Shown here piece after piece: positions 20,192 to 30,015 of a stretch of DNA of 64,000 bases. The stretch spans positions 224,001-288,000 of the forward strand of contig CAVPCT010000005.1 of the NCBI GenBank assembly GCA_963702475.1, read 5' to 3'. This stretch comes from an uncultured Thermoleophilia bacterium. GTDB lineage: Bacteria; Actinomycetota; Thermoleophilia; UBA2241. Position numbers and translations under genes: made by a program. The notes under the pieces were generated by a model. It searched no databases, was not told the origin of the DNA, and was given only the letters and a program-made list of their open reading frames with translations. Within the stretch, counting starts at the first letter, position 1; each line of letters starts with the position of its first letter.

Positions 20192-20302
20192 CGATGCCTC
20201 CGACTCACGGGGATTGCCTGTCTCGAAACCTACCCATCGGAGGCCCCACCGAACTTGACCTTCGTCAGGGCGTCTGCCCCCACCCTGCTCCCCTTCACGA
20301 GT

Positions 20303-20349
20303 TTGACAGCCGCACGGTGCGGGGATACACTTTGTGACGGTCATCACAG
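20303..20349 (+). promoter_or_regulatory. sigma70 promoter with adjacent Rex/CRP-type palindrome
   Basis: TTGACA(20303)-17-TACACT(20326), then TTGTGACGGTCATCACAG (20332-20349). Confidence 0.7.
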
Positions 20350-20376
20350 AAGCTCTTATTTTTGAGGAGGGTCGCC

Positions 20377-20511
20377 ATGACGAATCCATTCGCAACACTC
20401 AAGCGCCTGTTCGATGGCTCGCCGGACGTCGGGGGCTCACCTCAGTCTTCCGCGCGACGAGTCGAGAAGAATTTCATGAAGTACGACCTCACCGTCGATC
20501 CGCGGTTCTGA
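20377..20511 (+). CDS. Microprotein A, 44 aa (MTNPFATLKRLFDG...KYDLTVDPRF)
   Basis: GAGGAGG RBS 6 nt before ATG, downstream of consensus promoter; below ORF-track cutoff. Confidence 0.65.
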   Translation: MTNPFATLKRLFDGSPDVGGSPQSSARRVEKNFMKYDLTVDPRF

Positions 20512-20527
20512 GAGAGGAGGCACCACA

Positions 20528-20668
20528 GTGAACTCAAGCGTCTTCCGCTCCATCGGCAGGTTCCTGGCCGACGCCGCAGAGGCCATCGGCACACCGTCGG
20601 GCGACACCCGAGGTCATGTGCGCGTCTACTCCCTCGACCGCAAGGTGGGTCGCGGCCGCAACTTCTGA
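20528..20668 (+). CDS. Microprotein B, 46 aa (MNSSVFRSIGRFLADAA...VGRGRNF)
   Basis: GAGGAGG RBS 7 nt before GTG, directly after microprotein A. Confidence 0.6.
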   Translation: MNSSVFRSIGRFLADAAEAIGTPSGDTRGHVRVYSLDRKVGRGRNF

Positions 20669-20720
20669 GATATCTACTGGCTGCCGGCGATCTCCCCCAG
20701 CCGCCGACGGCATCCTTCAG

Positions 20721-20781
20721 GGCCTCCCGCCTCCTGACCCGGCCCCAAGACGTCAGGAAACCAGGCGGGAGGCCTTCTCTT
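20721..20781 (+). terminator. Putative intrinsic terminator
   Basis: GGCCTCCCGCCT / AGGCGGGAGGCC stem followed by TTCTCTT. Confidence 0.6.
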
Positions 20782-20922
20782 ACCGGCCGCTGGACCCACC
20801 GCGATGGTCGACGTGCAAGCGCGGACCGGACGCAGTTCGGACAAGCCCAGACGCCAGACTCCGTGCGGGGTCGTCCCGGCAACAAGTCGGGAGCTTGACA
20901 AGCGCGACCGCGGCTCGCGTGT

Positions 20923-20969
20923 TTGACGTAGTGGTAGTTATGGAATACACTCTGTGCTCAACTTCACAA
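20923..20969 (+). promoter_or_regulatory. sigma70 promoter with adjacent Rex/CRP-type palindrome
   Basis: TTGACG(20923)-17-TACACT(20946), then CTGTGCTCAACTTCACAA (20952-20969). Confidence 0.7.
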
Positions 20970-20998
20970 TCAATACTCTTTAATCGGAGGAGATGGTC

Positions 20999-21154
20999 AT
21001 GAGCAGCCTCGGTCGCATGTTCGACAAGATCTTCTTCGGCGGCGGCCGCTCGGATGAGGTCTCCCAGACCGTGTCCCAGCCGTCGCCCGTCGCCCGCCCC
21101 GGCGTCGAGGACCGCGCCCGCTACGACAGCGGCACGTCGATCTACTACCACTGA
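20999..21154 (+). CDS. Microprotein C, 51 aa (MSSLGRMFDKIFFG...YDSGTSIYYH)
   Basis: GGAGGAG RBS, GC3-rich codons, own promoter and terminator. Confidence 0.7.
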   Translation: MSSLGRMFDKIFFGGGRSDEVSQTVSQPSPVARPGVEDRARYDSGTSIYYH

Positions 21155-21206
21155 CGCCCGCGCCGGCGCGGAGATCAGTCCTCGCCGGCGACTGACTGGT
21201 ATGACG

Positions 21207-21252
21207 AGACCCCCGGGCTCTCGACTTCTGCGAGTCGAGAGCCCGGGGGTCT
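21207..21252. terminator. 20-bp perfect hairpin between convergent genes
   Basis: AGACCCCCGGGCTCTCGACT / AGTCGAGAGCCCGGGGGTCT. Confidence 0.75.
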
Positions 21253-21347
21253 GTCTCGTTCCAAGGACAGCCGGCCAGAGCCGACGTGCTCTGCGACCGG
21301 CGGGAAGTGCTCCCGTTCCAGGACAGCCGGCCCGAGCCGGCGGGTCC

Positions 21348-22664
21348 TCAGACCGGCCGAAAGTACGCCGGATACGTGCGCGGCTTGGACTTCTTGCGCC
21401 GATACGTGTGCGCGAGCTCCAGAAAGATGCCGACGTCGCGCTCCAGGTCGCCCTGGGTACCGTCGAAGTAGAAGACCCTGATGGGCATGTTGTCGAGCTC
21501 TTTGGCCAGACTGGGATAGACGGCCTCGGTGACGATGCCGTTCATGCAGGTGAACGGGCTGATGTCGATGATGCCGTCGGCGCCCTTACCGTACAGATAG
21601 ATGGACTTGCCGCTGCTCAGCACCATCTCTCCCAGCGCCCCGGTGTACGGGAGGTACGGCTCGCTCAGCTCGAGCACCTGACCCACGTCCTCCGGCTCCT
21701 CATAGCCCACGAAGTCGTCGTGGAACGGGCCGTACAACGCGTGCTCGTCGCTGCGCATGATCCTGCTCTTGAGGTACCGGTAGGCGTTGTCCTTGGAGAA
21801 GCGCCGCTTCTGCTCGATGAGCCGGCGGCGCTGCTCGTCGTCGGTGTACCAGACCCACTCGCCGATATCGGCCAGCCAGCACTCCCCGCCCTGCTCCTCT
21901 ACCACGCGGATGAGGTCGAAGTTGGAGAAGGTGTTCTGGCGGCAGAAGATCTCGCCGACCACACCGATGAGCGGCCGCGAACGATCGTAGGCGCACGGGA
22001 TGGCGCGGAACCTGTCGCGGGCGCGCTGCATGGCCGGCAGGATCGCGGCCATGCGCTCCTTGTGCGACACGCCGTTGCTGCTGATCGCGTCACCCACCTC
22101 TACCAGACACTGCTGGTAGACCTCGTCGGTACTGCCCTTCTCCAGCTCGTACGGACGCGTCTTGAGCAGGAGCTTCATGAGGATGTCCTGCGCGAGCACG
22201 GCCCGCCACGCGGTGCGGATGAGGTCGCTGGAATAACTGCCGATGGACGAGTAGCCGTCGCTCGACGTGATGGTGATGACCGGCACGTCGTCGTATCCCA
22301 GTTCGCGGAACTTGGCGTTGACCAGGTGAAGGTACTGGCCGAAACGGCACGGGCCGTTGGCCGTGGGCATGAGGAAGGCGACGTTCTCCCGTCCCTCGTC
22401 CTCGATGATGCGCAGGAAGTCGCCGATGGTGATCTTCTGCGGGTAGCACTCGTCACCGGACGTCACTCGCCCACCGAGGTCGAGCGTGCGCTCGTCCGAG
22501 TCACTTGTGGGCCACGCGTCGAAGCCGATGGAGCGGATGGCGGCGGCGAGCAGGTACGTGCCGCCGTAGGGCATCTGCGGCAAGTAGAGCTTGCGTCCCT
22601 CCAGGCCGAAGTCCTTGATGGCCTGCTTGATGCGCTCGTCCTGTTTGACGCTACTTGAGGGCAC
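21348..22664 (-). CDS. CoA-activase partner reductase/dehydratase subunit (PlsR-like)
   Basis: ECYP, GPCRFGQY, GVVGEIF, PFTCM motifs; overlaps the activase gene. Confidence 0.75.
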   Translation of the reverse strand: MPSSSVKQDERIKQAIKDFGLEGRKLYLPQMPYGGTYLLAAAIRSIGFDAWPTSDSDERTLDLGGRVTSGDECYPQKITIGDFLRIIEDEGRENVAFLMPTANGPCRFGQYLHLVNAKFRELGYDDVPVITITSSDGYSSIGSYSSDLIRTAWRAVLAQDILMKLLLKTRPYELEKGSTDEVYQQCLVEVGDAISSNGVSHKERMAAILPAMQRARDRFRAIPCAYDRSRPLIGVVGEIFCRQNTFSNFDLIRVVEEQGGECWLADIGEWVWYTDDEQRRRLIEQKRRFSKDNAYRYLKSRIMRSDEHALYGPFHDDFVGYEEPEDVGQVLELSEPYLPYTGALGEMVLSSGKSIYLYGKGADGIIDISPFTCMNGIVTEAVYPSLAKELDNMPIRVFYFDGTQGDLERDVGIFLELAHTYRRKKSKPRTYPAYFRPV

Positions 22665-25600
22665 CTGCCACCTCCTCTTCCGGCGGGGCGCAGAGATGCT
22701 CGCGTTCTTCTCCCGCCTGCGACCACCAGCGCAGGAAGCCCTTGCTGTCCAGGTACGCCTCGCAGCGCGTCATCGCGCCGGCGTCGTTCTGGTGCTCGTC
22801 GAACTGCAGGGTGAGGTACGGCTTGCCGGAGGCCTCGCGCACGTAGTGCTTGATGTACGAGTCCGGGCCGCACTTGAAGTTGGTCATGTAGATGAGGTGC
22901 AGATGATCCTTGCCGTGCACGAACGTCGCCGCCTGCAGGATCTTGCGCCCGTAGTTCCAGTACATGTTGGGCACGATCGGGTTGATGTCGATGCCCTTGA
23001 TGGGCAGGAAGTCGAGCGGTATCAAGTTGACCCCGTAGAACTTGCGAAGCTTGCGCGGGATGTCCATGTTGATGCCCTTGTCGTACATGTTGTACGGGCG
23101 CCCTATGAGCACGATGCCGAGCTCGCCGGAGCGCTCAAGGGTCGCAAGCGCCTCGTGGCCGGCCTTCTGCAGGGCGGCGCGGAACTCATCCTGGGCCACG
23201 AAGGCGCGGTCGAGTGCCGCGCGCAGACGACCCTTGCCCACGCCCAGCTGGGCGGCCATGCCGGCGAGGTCACGCACGAGGCCTTCCCGGCCGTCGCGGA
23301 ACATGACGCGCGGCGCGAGGAACCTGTGCTTGTACTGCTCGAGCGCCGGCGCCTGACGGACGACGAACGGCAGGGTCTGCCCCCAAGGACACGCGTGCGA
23401 GTTGTACTGCATGAACTCGCTCTCCTCGTTGACCTGGTTGGGCACGAAGACCCAGTCAACGCCCTCTCGCAGCAGCCACTGCGCATGCCCGTGGGCCACG
23501 CGGATGGGGAAGCAGGGCTCGGCCACGGTGAGGTCGACGCCGGCCTCGCGGATCTGCTTGTCGCTCTCCGGCGAGAGGACGGGGCGGTGGCCCAGCTCGG
23601 CGAAGAACGTCGCCCAGAACGGCAGCCTGTCGTAGGTGTACATGGCACGCGCCAGGCCGACCGTGGGCGCCGTCTCGGGCAGCCTGGCTCGCGCCGCCTC
23701 GTAGGGCGCCATGAGCTGCTGCTGGCGGAAGGCGATGAGGTCGGCGATCACGGGCTCCTTGTCCACCTTGGCGGGCTTGCGGTACCTGTCGGAGCACTTG
23801 TCGCCCCAGTAGGTCTTCTGGCCCTCGATGGTGAACTGGCGCACGTCGCACTCGTTGGAGCAGGCGTGGCAGACGAAGTCGACCACGGTGTAGTCCACCT
23901 CGCCCAGGTCCCATCCGCGGAACGTGCTCGGCTCGCCGGTGCGCTGCACGCGCTCGCGAGCCAGCAACGCCATGCCCAGCGCGCCCATGACGCCGTTGTA
24001 CGGCGGCACGATGATCTCCTTGTCCAGGATCTGGCTGAAGGCCGCCGCGACGGCGTCGTTGTAGGCCGTCCCCCCCTGGAAGAAGATCGTGTCGCCGACG
24101 GTGCGCTCGCGCACCAGGCGGTTGAGGTAGTTGGTGGCGATGGAGAAGGCGAGGCCGCCCACCAGGTCGTCGCGGCGCGCGCCGCGCTGCTGATAGGCCA
24201 TCACGTCGCGCTCCATGAACACGGTGCAGCGCTCGCCGAGACGGACGGGCGCCTGAGAGCTCAGCGCCAGCTCCGCGAACTCGCCGATGATGTTGATGCC
24301 GAGCTTCTCGGCCTGCTCTTCCAGGAAAGAGCCGGTACCCGCCGCGCAGGCCTCGTTCATGGCGAAGTCGACGACGATGCCGTCCTGCAGGCTGATGAAC
24401 TTGGAGTCCTGGCCGCCGATCTCGAAGATGGTGTCTACCTGGCGGCCGATCTTGCGCCCGATGAAGTCGGCGCCCGTCTTGTGGGCGGTGATCTCGTCGG
24501 TGATGATGTCGGCCCCGCAGAGCTCGCCGATGAGCTCGCGTCCCGAGCCGGTGGTGCCCACACCAAGCAGGTTGAGGCGCGGGCCGATCTCGGCGTAGAT
24601 GTCGTGCAGGCCCTTGGTGACGACCTCCACGGGCCGCGCGTCGGTCTTGGTGTAGATCTCCTTGATGACGCGCCCCTCGTCGTCGACGACGACGAGGTTG
24701 GTGGACACGGAGCCGATGTCTATGCCCATGTACGCGTCGACGACCCCGACGTCGTCGGCGAACGTGAACGGCTCGGCCATGTCGCGCAGGAGCGTGACCT
24801 TGGCCATGGAGAGCGGCTCCGTCACGGGGAAGTCGGCCGCCGGGAGGCGGCTGGCGTCGAGCGACGCCAGCTCCGCCCGGGCCGACTCGTACTCGGCCTC
24901 GATGAGCGCGGCGCCGACGGCGCCGAGCGCCGCGTGATAGTCGGGGATGAAGAGATCGCCGGGCTCGAGGTCGAAGGCCTCCTGGAGCGCCTGCACGGCG
25001 CCCTTGTTGGCCGCCACCCCGCCGATGAAGGCGATGGGCGGCTCCACGACCTTGCCCTTGGCGATGGTGCCCTTGAAGTTGCGCATCACCGCGTCGCACA
25101 GCCCCCGGAGCACCTCGGGCGGCTGATAGCCCTTCTGCTGGGCGTGGATCATGTCCGACTTGGCGAACACGCTGCAGCGCCCGGCGATGCTGGCCGCCTT
25201 GCCGGCATCGAGCACGATGTCGCCGACATCCTCGATGTCGTAGAGGAGGCGGCTCGCCTGCTGGTCCATGAAGGAGCCGGTGCCGGCGGCGCAGTCGCCG
25301 TTGGTCTGGTAGTCGGTGATGCCGTGACAGCGGGTCTCCTCGTCGGGCTCGAGCCTGATGAACTTGGACGTCTCGCCGCCCATCTCGAAGATGGTGCGCG
25401 TCTGCGGCGCCAGGGCGCTGACCCCGCGGGTGATGGCCTTGAACTCGTTCTCGAAACTCGCCTCGAGCGCCTGGCCGATGAGGCGACCGCCCGAACCGGT
25501 GACGCGGACGCCCTCGATCTTGCCCTCAGGCAGGACGGCCAGGAGCTCGTCGAGCAGAGCCTGGGTCGCCTCCCCGGGACTGCCCTTGATTCGCCGGTAC

Positions 25601-25770
25601 TTCGCCACCAGGACCGGACGCCCGTCGACGACCGTGAGCCCGTCGGCGGGGTTCTCGAAGAGGTCGGGATGGCTTGCGAGGAGCTGGGTGTAGAGGTCGT
25701 GGTCTTCAGCCTCGCCGGCGAGGGCCGCTTTGAGGCTGATGCAGCCGATGTCGATGCCGAGAGAAGTCAT
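22651..25770 (-). CDS. Double BcrAD/BadFG CoA-activase plus DUF2229 domain (PlsA/Ger-like)
   Basis: Two GIDIG...GG(E/Q)(T/D)SK...CAAGTGSF modules, CxxCxNxC, CFP, FKCGPD. Confidence 0.88.
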   Translation of the reverse strand: MTSLGIDIGCISLKAALAGEAEDHDLYTQLLASHPDLFENPADGLTVVDGRPVLVAKYRRIKGSPGEATQALLDELLAVLPEGKIEGVRVTGSGGRLIGQALEASFENEFKAITRGVSALAPQTRTIFEMGGETSKFIRLEPDEETRCHGITDYQTNGDCAAGTGSFMDQQASRLLYDIEDVGDIVLDAGKAASIAGRCSVFAKSDMIHAQQKGYQPPEVLRGLCDAVMRNFKGTIAKGKVVEPPIAFIGGVAANKGAVQALQEAFDLEPGDLFIPDYHAALGAVGAALIEAEYESARAELASLDASRLPAADFPVTEPLSMAKVTLLRDMAEPFTFADDVGVVDAYMGIDIGSVSTNLVVVDDEGRVIKEIYTKTDARPVEVVTKGLHDIYAEIGPRLNLLGVGTTGSGRELIGELCGADIITDEITAHKTGADFIGRKIGRQVDTIFEIGGQDSKFISLQDGIVVDFAMNEACAAGTGSFLEEQAEKLGINIIGEFAELALSSQAPVRLGERCTVFMERDVMAYQQRGARRDDLVGGLAFSIATNYLNRLVRERTVGDTIFFQGGTAYNDAVAAAFSQILDKEIIVPPYNGVMGALGMALLARERVQRTGEPSTFRGWDLGEVDYTVVDFVCHACSNECDVRQFTIEGQKTYWGDKCSDRYRKPAKVDKEPVIADLIAFRQQQLMAPYEAARARLPETAPTVGLARAMYTYDRLPFWATFFAELGHRPVLSPESDKQIREAGVDLTVAEPCFPIRVAHGHAQWLLREGVDWVFVPNQVNEESEFMQYNSHACPWGQTLPFVVRQAPALEQYKHRFLAPRVMFRDGREGLVRDLAGMAAQLGVGKGRLRAALDRAFVAQDEFRAALQKAGHEALATLERSGELGIVLIGRPYNMYDKGINMDIPRKLRKFYGVNLIPLDFLPIKGIDINPIVPNMYWNYGRKILQAATFVHGKDHLHLIYMTNFKCGPDSYIKHYVREASGKPYLTLQFDEHQNDAGAMTRCEAYLDSKGFLRWWSQAGEEREHLCAPPEEEVAGALK

Positions 25771-26060
25771 GGGTGAACGCGATGTACCTCCTGCGGGCGG
25801 AGCCCGCCTCGCCGACCCAGAAGCCTACCGTCGTCAACGGCCCCCGGCAAGCTGGCCTAAGAAGACTATCGCACTCCTGATTAACGGTCAAACGACGGCC
25901 ACCACCTCCCGCACCTCGAACGTGCACCCGTTGACGGCCGAGATGTCACCCGTTCCCCGCCTCCGTGAGCCTGTTCGGGCCGGCTCCGGTGCCGGTACCC
26001 TGCGTGCACGACGCGCCGGCCGGCCGTCCCCGCACCTCACCTCGATCGCTGGGAGCACCC

Positions 26061-26852
26061 GTGAACGAATCGACCACGCTCACCAACCGCGAGCGCCGCG
26101 AGAACGTCGCCTTCCTGAGCCAGGCGTTCTGCGCTGCGCAACGGCAACCGGCCGACGTGCTCGACGTCGACGAACGCCAGCAGTTCGCCGCCGAGCCCTC
26201 CGGCCAGGCCCGGCTGTTCTTCAAGCTTCTCTGCTACGGCGCCCTGGCCGCGCAGCCGGCCCCCGAAGCTGTCGTCGACGCCGACTGGCGGCGCCTCGAA
26301 GCCGCCGGCGTCGTCGACGCCCTGTTCGACGATGGGTTCGACCTCAAGCGCTACGCGCTGGACCCGCCGGTGTCGCGCAACGACAGCAAGGGCAAGGTCA
26401 TCGACTTCGTGCGCCTCGCCGAGACGCGCGACACGTGGAGCCGCCTCCTGCCGCAGCCGGACGACCCCGACGTGGCCGTCGATGTGCTGCACGCGGCGTC
26501 CGGCGGCGCCCTCAAGTCGCGGGCCTTCTGGGCGGTGCGCGAGATGCGCCGCCACGAGCTCTGGCAGGACGAGGCCCTGGATCGCTACGCCTGCGTGCCC
26601 GACGGCCGCGTGCGCAAGCGCGCCGTGCGCATGGGCCTCATCGATCTGCCGGAGAAGGCCGACACGTTCGCCGACATGAAGGCCGTCTCGCGGGCGCTTC
26701 ACGCGGTGCTGCGCCTGGGCGAGGCGCCCCAGGATGCCTTCGACCTGCCCGTCAGCGCCGCCGACACTCGTTGCGAGGTCTGCGACGCGGCGCGCATGGC
26801 CGCCTGTCCCATCCCGCACTGCCGCTGGCGGCGCGAGCACGCCGGCGTCTGA
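26061..26852 (+). CDS. Hypothetical protein with HhH-GPD-like C-terminus and Cys cluster
   Basis: VPDGRVRKRAVRMGLI resembles the xDxHxxRxxxRxG segment; CEVC...CPIPHC. Confidence 0.55.
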   Translation: MNESTTLTNRERRENVAFLSQAFCAAQRQPADVLDVDERQQFAAEPSGQARLFFKLLCYGALAAQPAPEAVVDADWRRLEAAGVVDALFDDGFDLKRYALDPPVSRNDSKGKVIDFVRLAETRDTWSRLLPQPDDPDVAVDVLHAASGGALKSRAFWAVREMRRHELWQDEALDRYACVPDGRVRKRAVRMGLIDLPEKADTFADMKAVSRALHAVLRLGEAPQDAFDLPVSAADTRCEVCDAARMAACPIPHCRWRREHAGV

Positions 26853-27119
26853 CGCCTGCAAAGCGCCCGCGACTGCGGCCCTCAGCGCCGAGCCGGCTCC
26901 TTCGGCCGGCGTAGAGCCGCAAACGGCGGCCGTGGCCGAACTGGGCCGCGGCTGCCGTTTGCCCGGCACGGCGGCGTCTGGGGGCTCTACCGGCGGCTGA
27001 GTCAGGTGAGCACCCCACCCCGCTCTGCTCCCGGCACCCTATGCTCGGCGTATCCAGCCTGGGAGATAACTAGAGCAGAGAGCCGAGTGGAGCGGCTCCG
27101 CTCGAGGAAAGGGGGCGAC

Positions 27120-27263
27120 ATGAGCCTGTGGGTGGTTCTCGCGTGGCTCGGCGTCGCCGCGATCACGATCCTCCGTATCGCGCTCGTGGTGGGGGTCATC
27201 GCCGTGGTCGTGCTCGTCGCACGCGGCGTCTGGCGCTACCACACCGCACAGCCGATGTCCTGA
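27120..27263 (+). CDS. Small hydrophobic membrane protein, 47 aa
   Basis: Purine-rich RBS; long hydrophobic stretch. Confidence 0.5.
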   Translation: MSLWVVLAWLGVAAITILRIALVVGVIAVVVLVARGVWRYHTAQPMS

Positions 27264-27306
27264 CGCGAGGGTCGTTCGCGCCGACCGCAGGCGTGCGGCC
27301 GGCGCT

Positions 27307-29794
27307 TCAGCGTGCCGTGAGCAGGGTCACACCGGGCACCTTCTGCGCGTTGCCGGACCTGTCGACTGCTGAGAACGTCAGCGTATACGCACCTGCCGCC
27401 GGCGCCTTCCAGGAGCACGTAGCCGTGGTCCCCTGCTTGACCCAACCCGGGGACAACGTCGTCAACTGCGTACCGGCGGCGTCGGTCACGCCGACGGTGA
27501 CCTTGACGGTCGCGCTGTAGGCGTCGCGGACGGTGTACGAGACCTTCGCGGTCTTGCCGGCCTTCACCGAGAGCGTCGAGGGCACCGTGAACTTCGGCGG
27601 CGTGAGGTCGACCGTGACCGGCACGCTGACGGCGCTGACGCCCTGGTTGCCGTCGGCCACGACCTTCAGGCGGTAGGCGCCGCTCACCGGCGCGCCGCCG
27701 CCCGACAGGGCACCGTCCCAGGCGGTGTTCTGGTCGCCCGCGGCGAGGGCGCCCAGATCGATGACCCTGACGGTCTCCTCACCCTTCAGCACGCGGACCT
27801 TCACGTCGGCCCGCCGCGTGAGCTTGAACGCCAGGGACGCCGCGTCCTTTACCCCGTCGCCGTTGGGCGAGAACGCCACCGGCTTGAGCACCGGGAACCC
27901 CAGCGTGCGGTCGACGGTCACACTGCGCCGCACGCTGTCGCTGTTCCCGGCCAGGTCGCGCATCTCCACGACGATGACGGTCTTGCCCTCGGGCGCGTCG
28001 ACAAGCTTGCCGTTGTCGTTCACGCGCCCGTCCCAGGAGACGGTCTTGCGCGCCGGGCCGATGCTGCGCCACGCGAGCACCGTGCGCACGACCCGGTCCT
28101 TGTCGTCCAGCACCGTGACCCGCGCAGTGCCGCTCTCGCCTGGCTGGAAGCTCACGCCGGCGACGTCGTCCTGGCCGTCGTCGTTGGGGCTGAAGGTGCC
28201 CGGCTCGACGGACGCGCTCTGGAGCTGCGGGGGCGTCGTGTCCACGCGCACGACCGCCGTCGCCGGCCGCGCGTCCCCGTGCCCATTGCCGGCGCTGAGC
28301 GTCAGCGTGTAGTCGCCATCCGGCACGATCCCGCCGTCGTTGTCGCGACCGGACCATGTGGTCTCCACCGCGGTGCCTGAGCCGCTCACACTGCGCACCA
28401 GGGCGTCGACCGCGTTGCGCACTTCAAGCTTCCAGTCGGCCTGCTCCGAGAGACGGCAGGTCAACGTGACCCCGTCGCGCACACCGTCGCCGCCGGGGCT
28501 GATGTACTCGTCGTCGAGATCGACGTCGTAGATCTTCGGCTGGCCCGTCGCCTCCACCGTCTTGCGGACGCCCGGAAGCAGCGCGTACAGCTTGTTGCCG
28601 GGGCACTCGGTGTAGTTGGCGTCGCGGTGGCCGGAGATCGCGGCGAAGCCGACCTTCTCGCCGCTGGAGAACTTCTCCCCGTAGCCGCACGTCAGCGTCG
28701 CCCGGCCCAGCGGGTCGATGTGGTGGACATCGAGCTTCCAGGCGAGGAGCGCCTCGAGCGCGCGCACCGAGACGGTGGTGGGCGCCGCCTTGCTGTACGT
28801 GCCGATCACCGACACGCCCACACTCCCCGTGTTGAAGCCCAGCACCTGCGCGCCGATCACGCCCTTCGTGATGCCACCGGACCGGCCCTCGTAGATGGTG
28901 CCGTACCGGTCGATGAGGAAGTTGTAGCCGATGTCGCTCCAGTGCAGCGAGCGCGTGTGGTAGTAGTACGCGCCGCGGACGACCGACGCCGCCTCGCCGC
29001 GCCCGTAGTCGTTGCCGCTGGCGGTGTGGTGGACGAAGGCCATCGTGGGGGTGGCGTAGTCCGGGGAACCGGTGCGGTACGACTCGTCGGCGCCCCACTC
29101 TTCGCGAGTCACGATCGCCGGCTTGTCGGTCATGGCCGCCGCCGGCGGAGCAAGCTGGAGACCGGCGATCGCGGCGACAGTGCGGCGCAGCACGCCGAGC
29201 ACGGTGGCGCCGGCGTCGGCGCGCTCGGTGCTGTCGATGGCCACCACGCGCACGTCGCGGAGGGCGGCCGGCGCAGCGGAGCCGTCCGCCGGCCGGGCCG
29301 CGATCTGCACGAAGCGCCCCGGACCCGTCCACAAGGCCTCGGTGAACGCCTGTGGCCTGCCCGCATCGCCGTCGGCCTGCACGTCCAGCGAAGTCGTGTA
29401 CCAGCGGCTCCAGGCGTCGCCGTCGAGGCTCGTGCGCAGATCGACGAGCACGCCGTCTGCGTGCTCGGGCACTGCGCACGTGACTCCGAGCATCGTGAAG
29501 CGCAGTCCCGCGTCGAGCGTGACGGCGGCAGCGCGCGGCGGGGGTAACACCGGCGCTTGCGGGCGCCGTCGCGTCATCCCGTACCGCCGCGCGTGCGCGA
29601 GGGACCGCCTGCTCCAGCGTGAGCCCGCCGGCGACCTGCAGCGTGGCCGCGTGTACCTGTGGCGTGCGCAGCCACGCGGCCACCGCGTCGCTCACGCGCG
29701 GCGCGCACCAGAGCGCGGCGAGCGCCGCCGTGAAGGTGAGGATGGAGACGGCCGCCGCACAGGCGACCCGCTTGTGGGATCGAGGTCTCGCCAT
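27307..29794 (-). CDS. N-acetylmuramoyl-L-alanine amidase (Amidase_2/PGRP) with FlgD/Ig-like repeats; frameshift near 29530-29580
   Basis: VHHTA, WSDIGYNF, GHRD..TECPG; repeated SPNGDG/WDG; signal-bearing N-terminus in adjacent frame starting 29794. Confidence 0.8.
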
Positions 29795-30015
29795 GTCGGT
29801 TCCGGCAGACGTCAGCTTCGACAGGGTAGCACGGAATCCCCCGGGCACCGACCCGGCGGCCGTGAGTGGAGCGGCCACCGGCGGTGCGCCTCGAGGGCGT
29901 CCTGCCCCGCTGCCCAAGGAACGGACGGGGGCCGGAGCCCCTCAAGGGACGGCGGGCGGCGGGGCGCTCATGCGCCCCGCCGCCCGCCGGACCGCGCAAG
30001 TCCGAAGCCGCCGCG

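Noticed and set aside
22591-25776. 1061-aa + strand ORF and similar long antisense ORFs (e.g. 1098-3245, 41062-43080, 52220-54439, 55211-57622)
   Set aside because: Shadow frames of GC-rich genes on the opposite strand with no recognisable motifs
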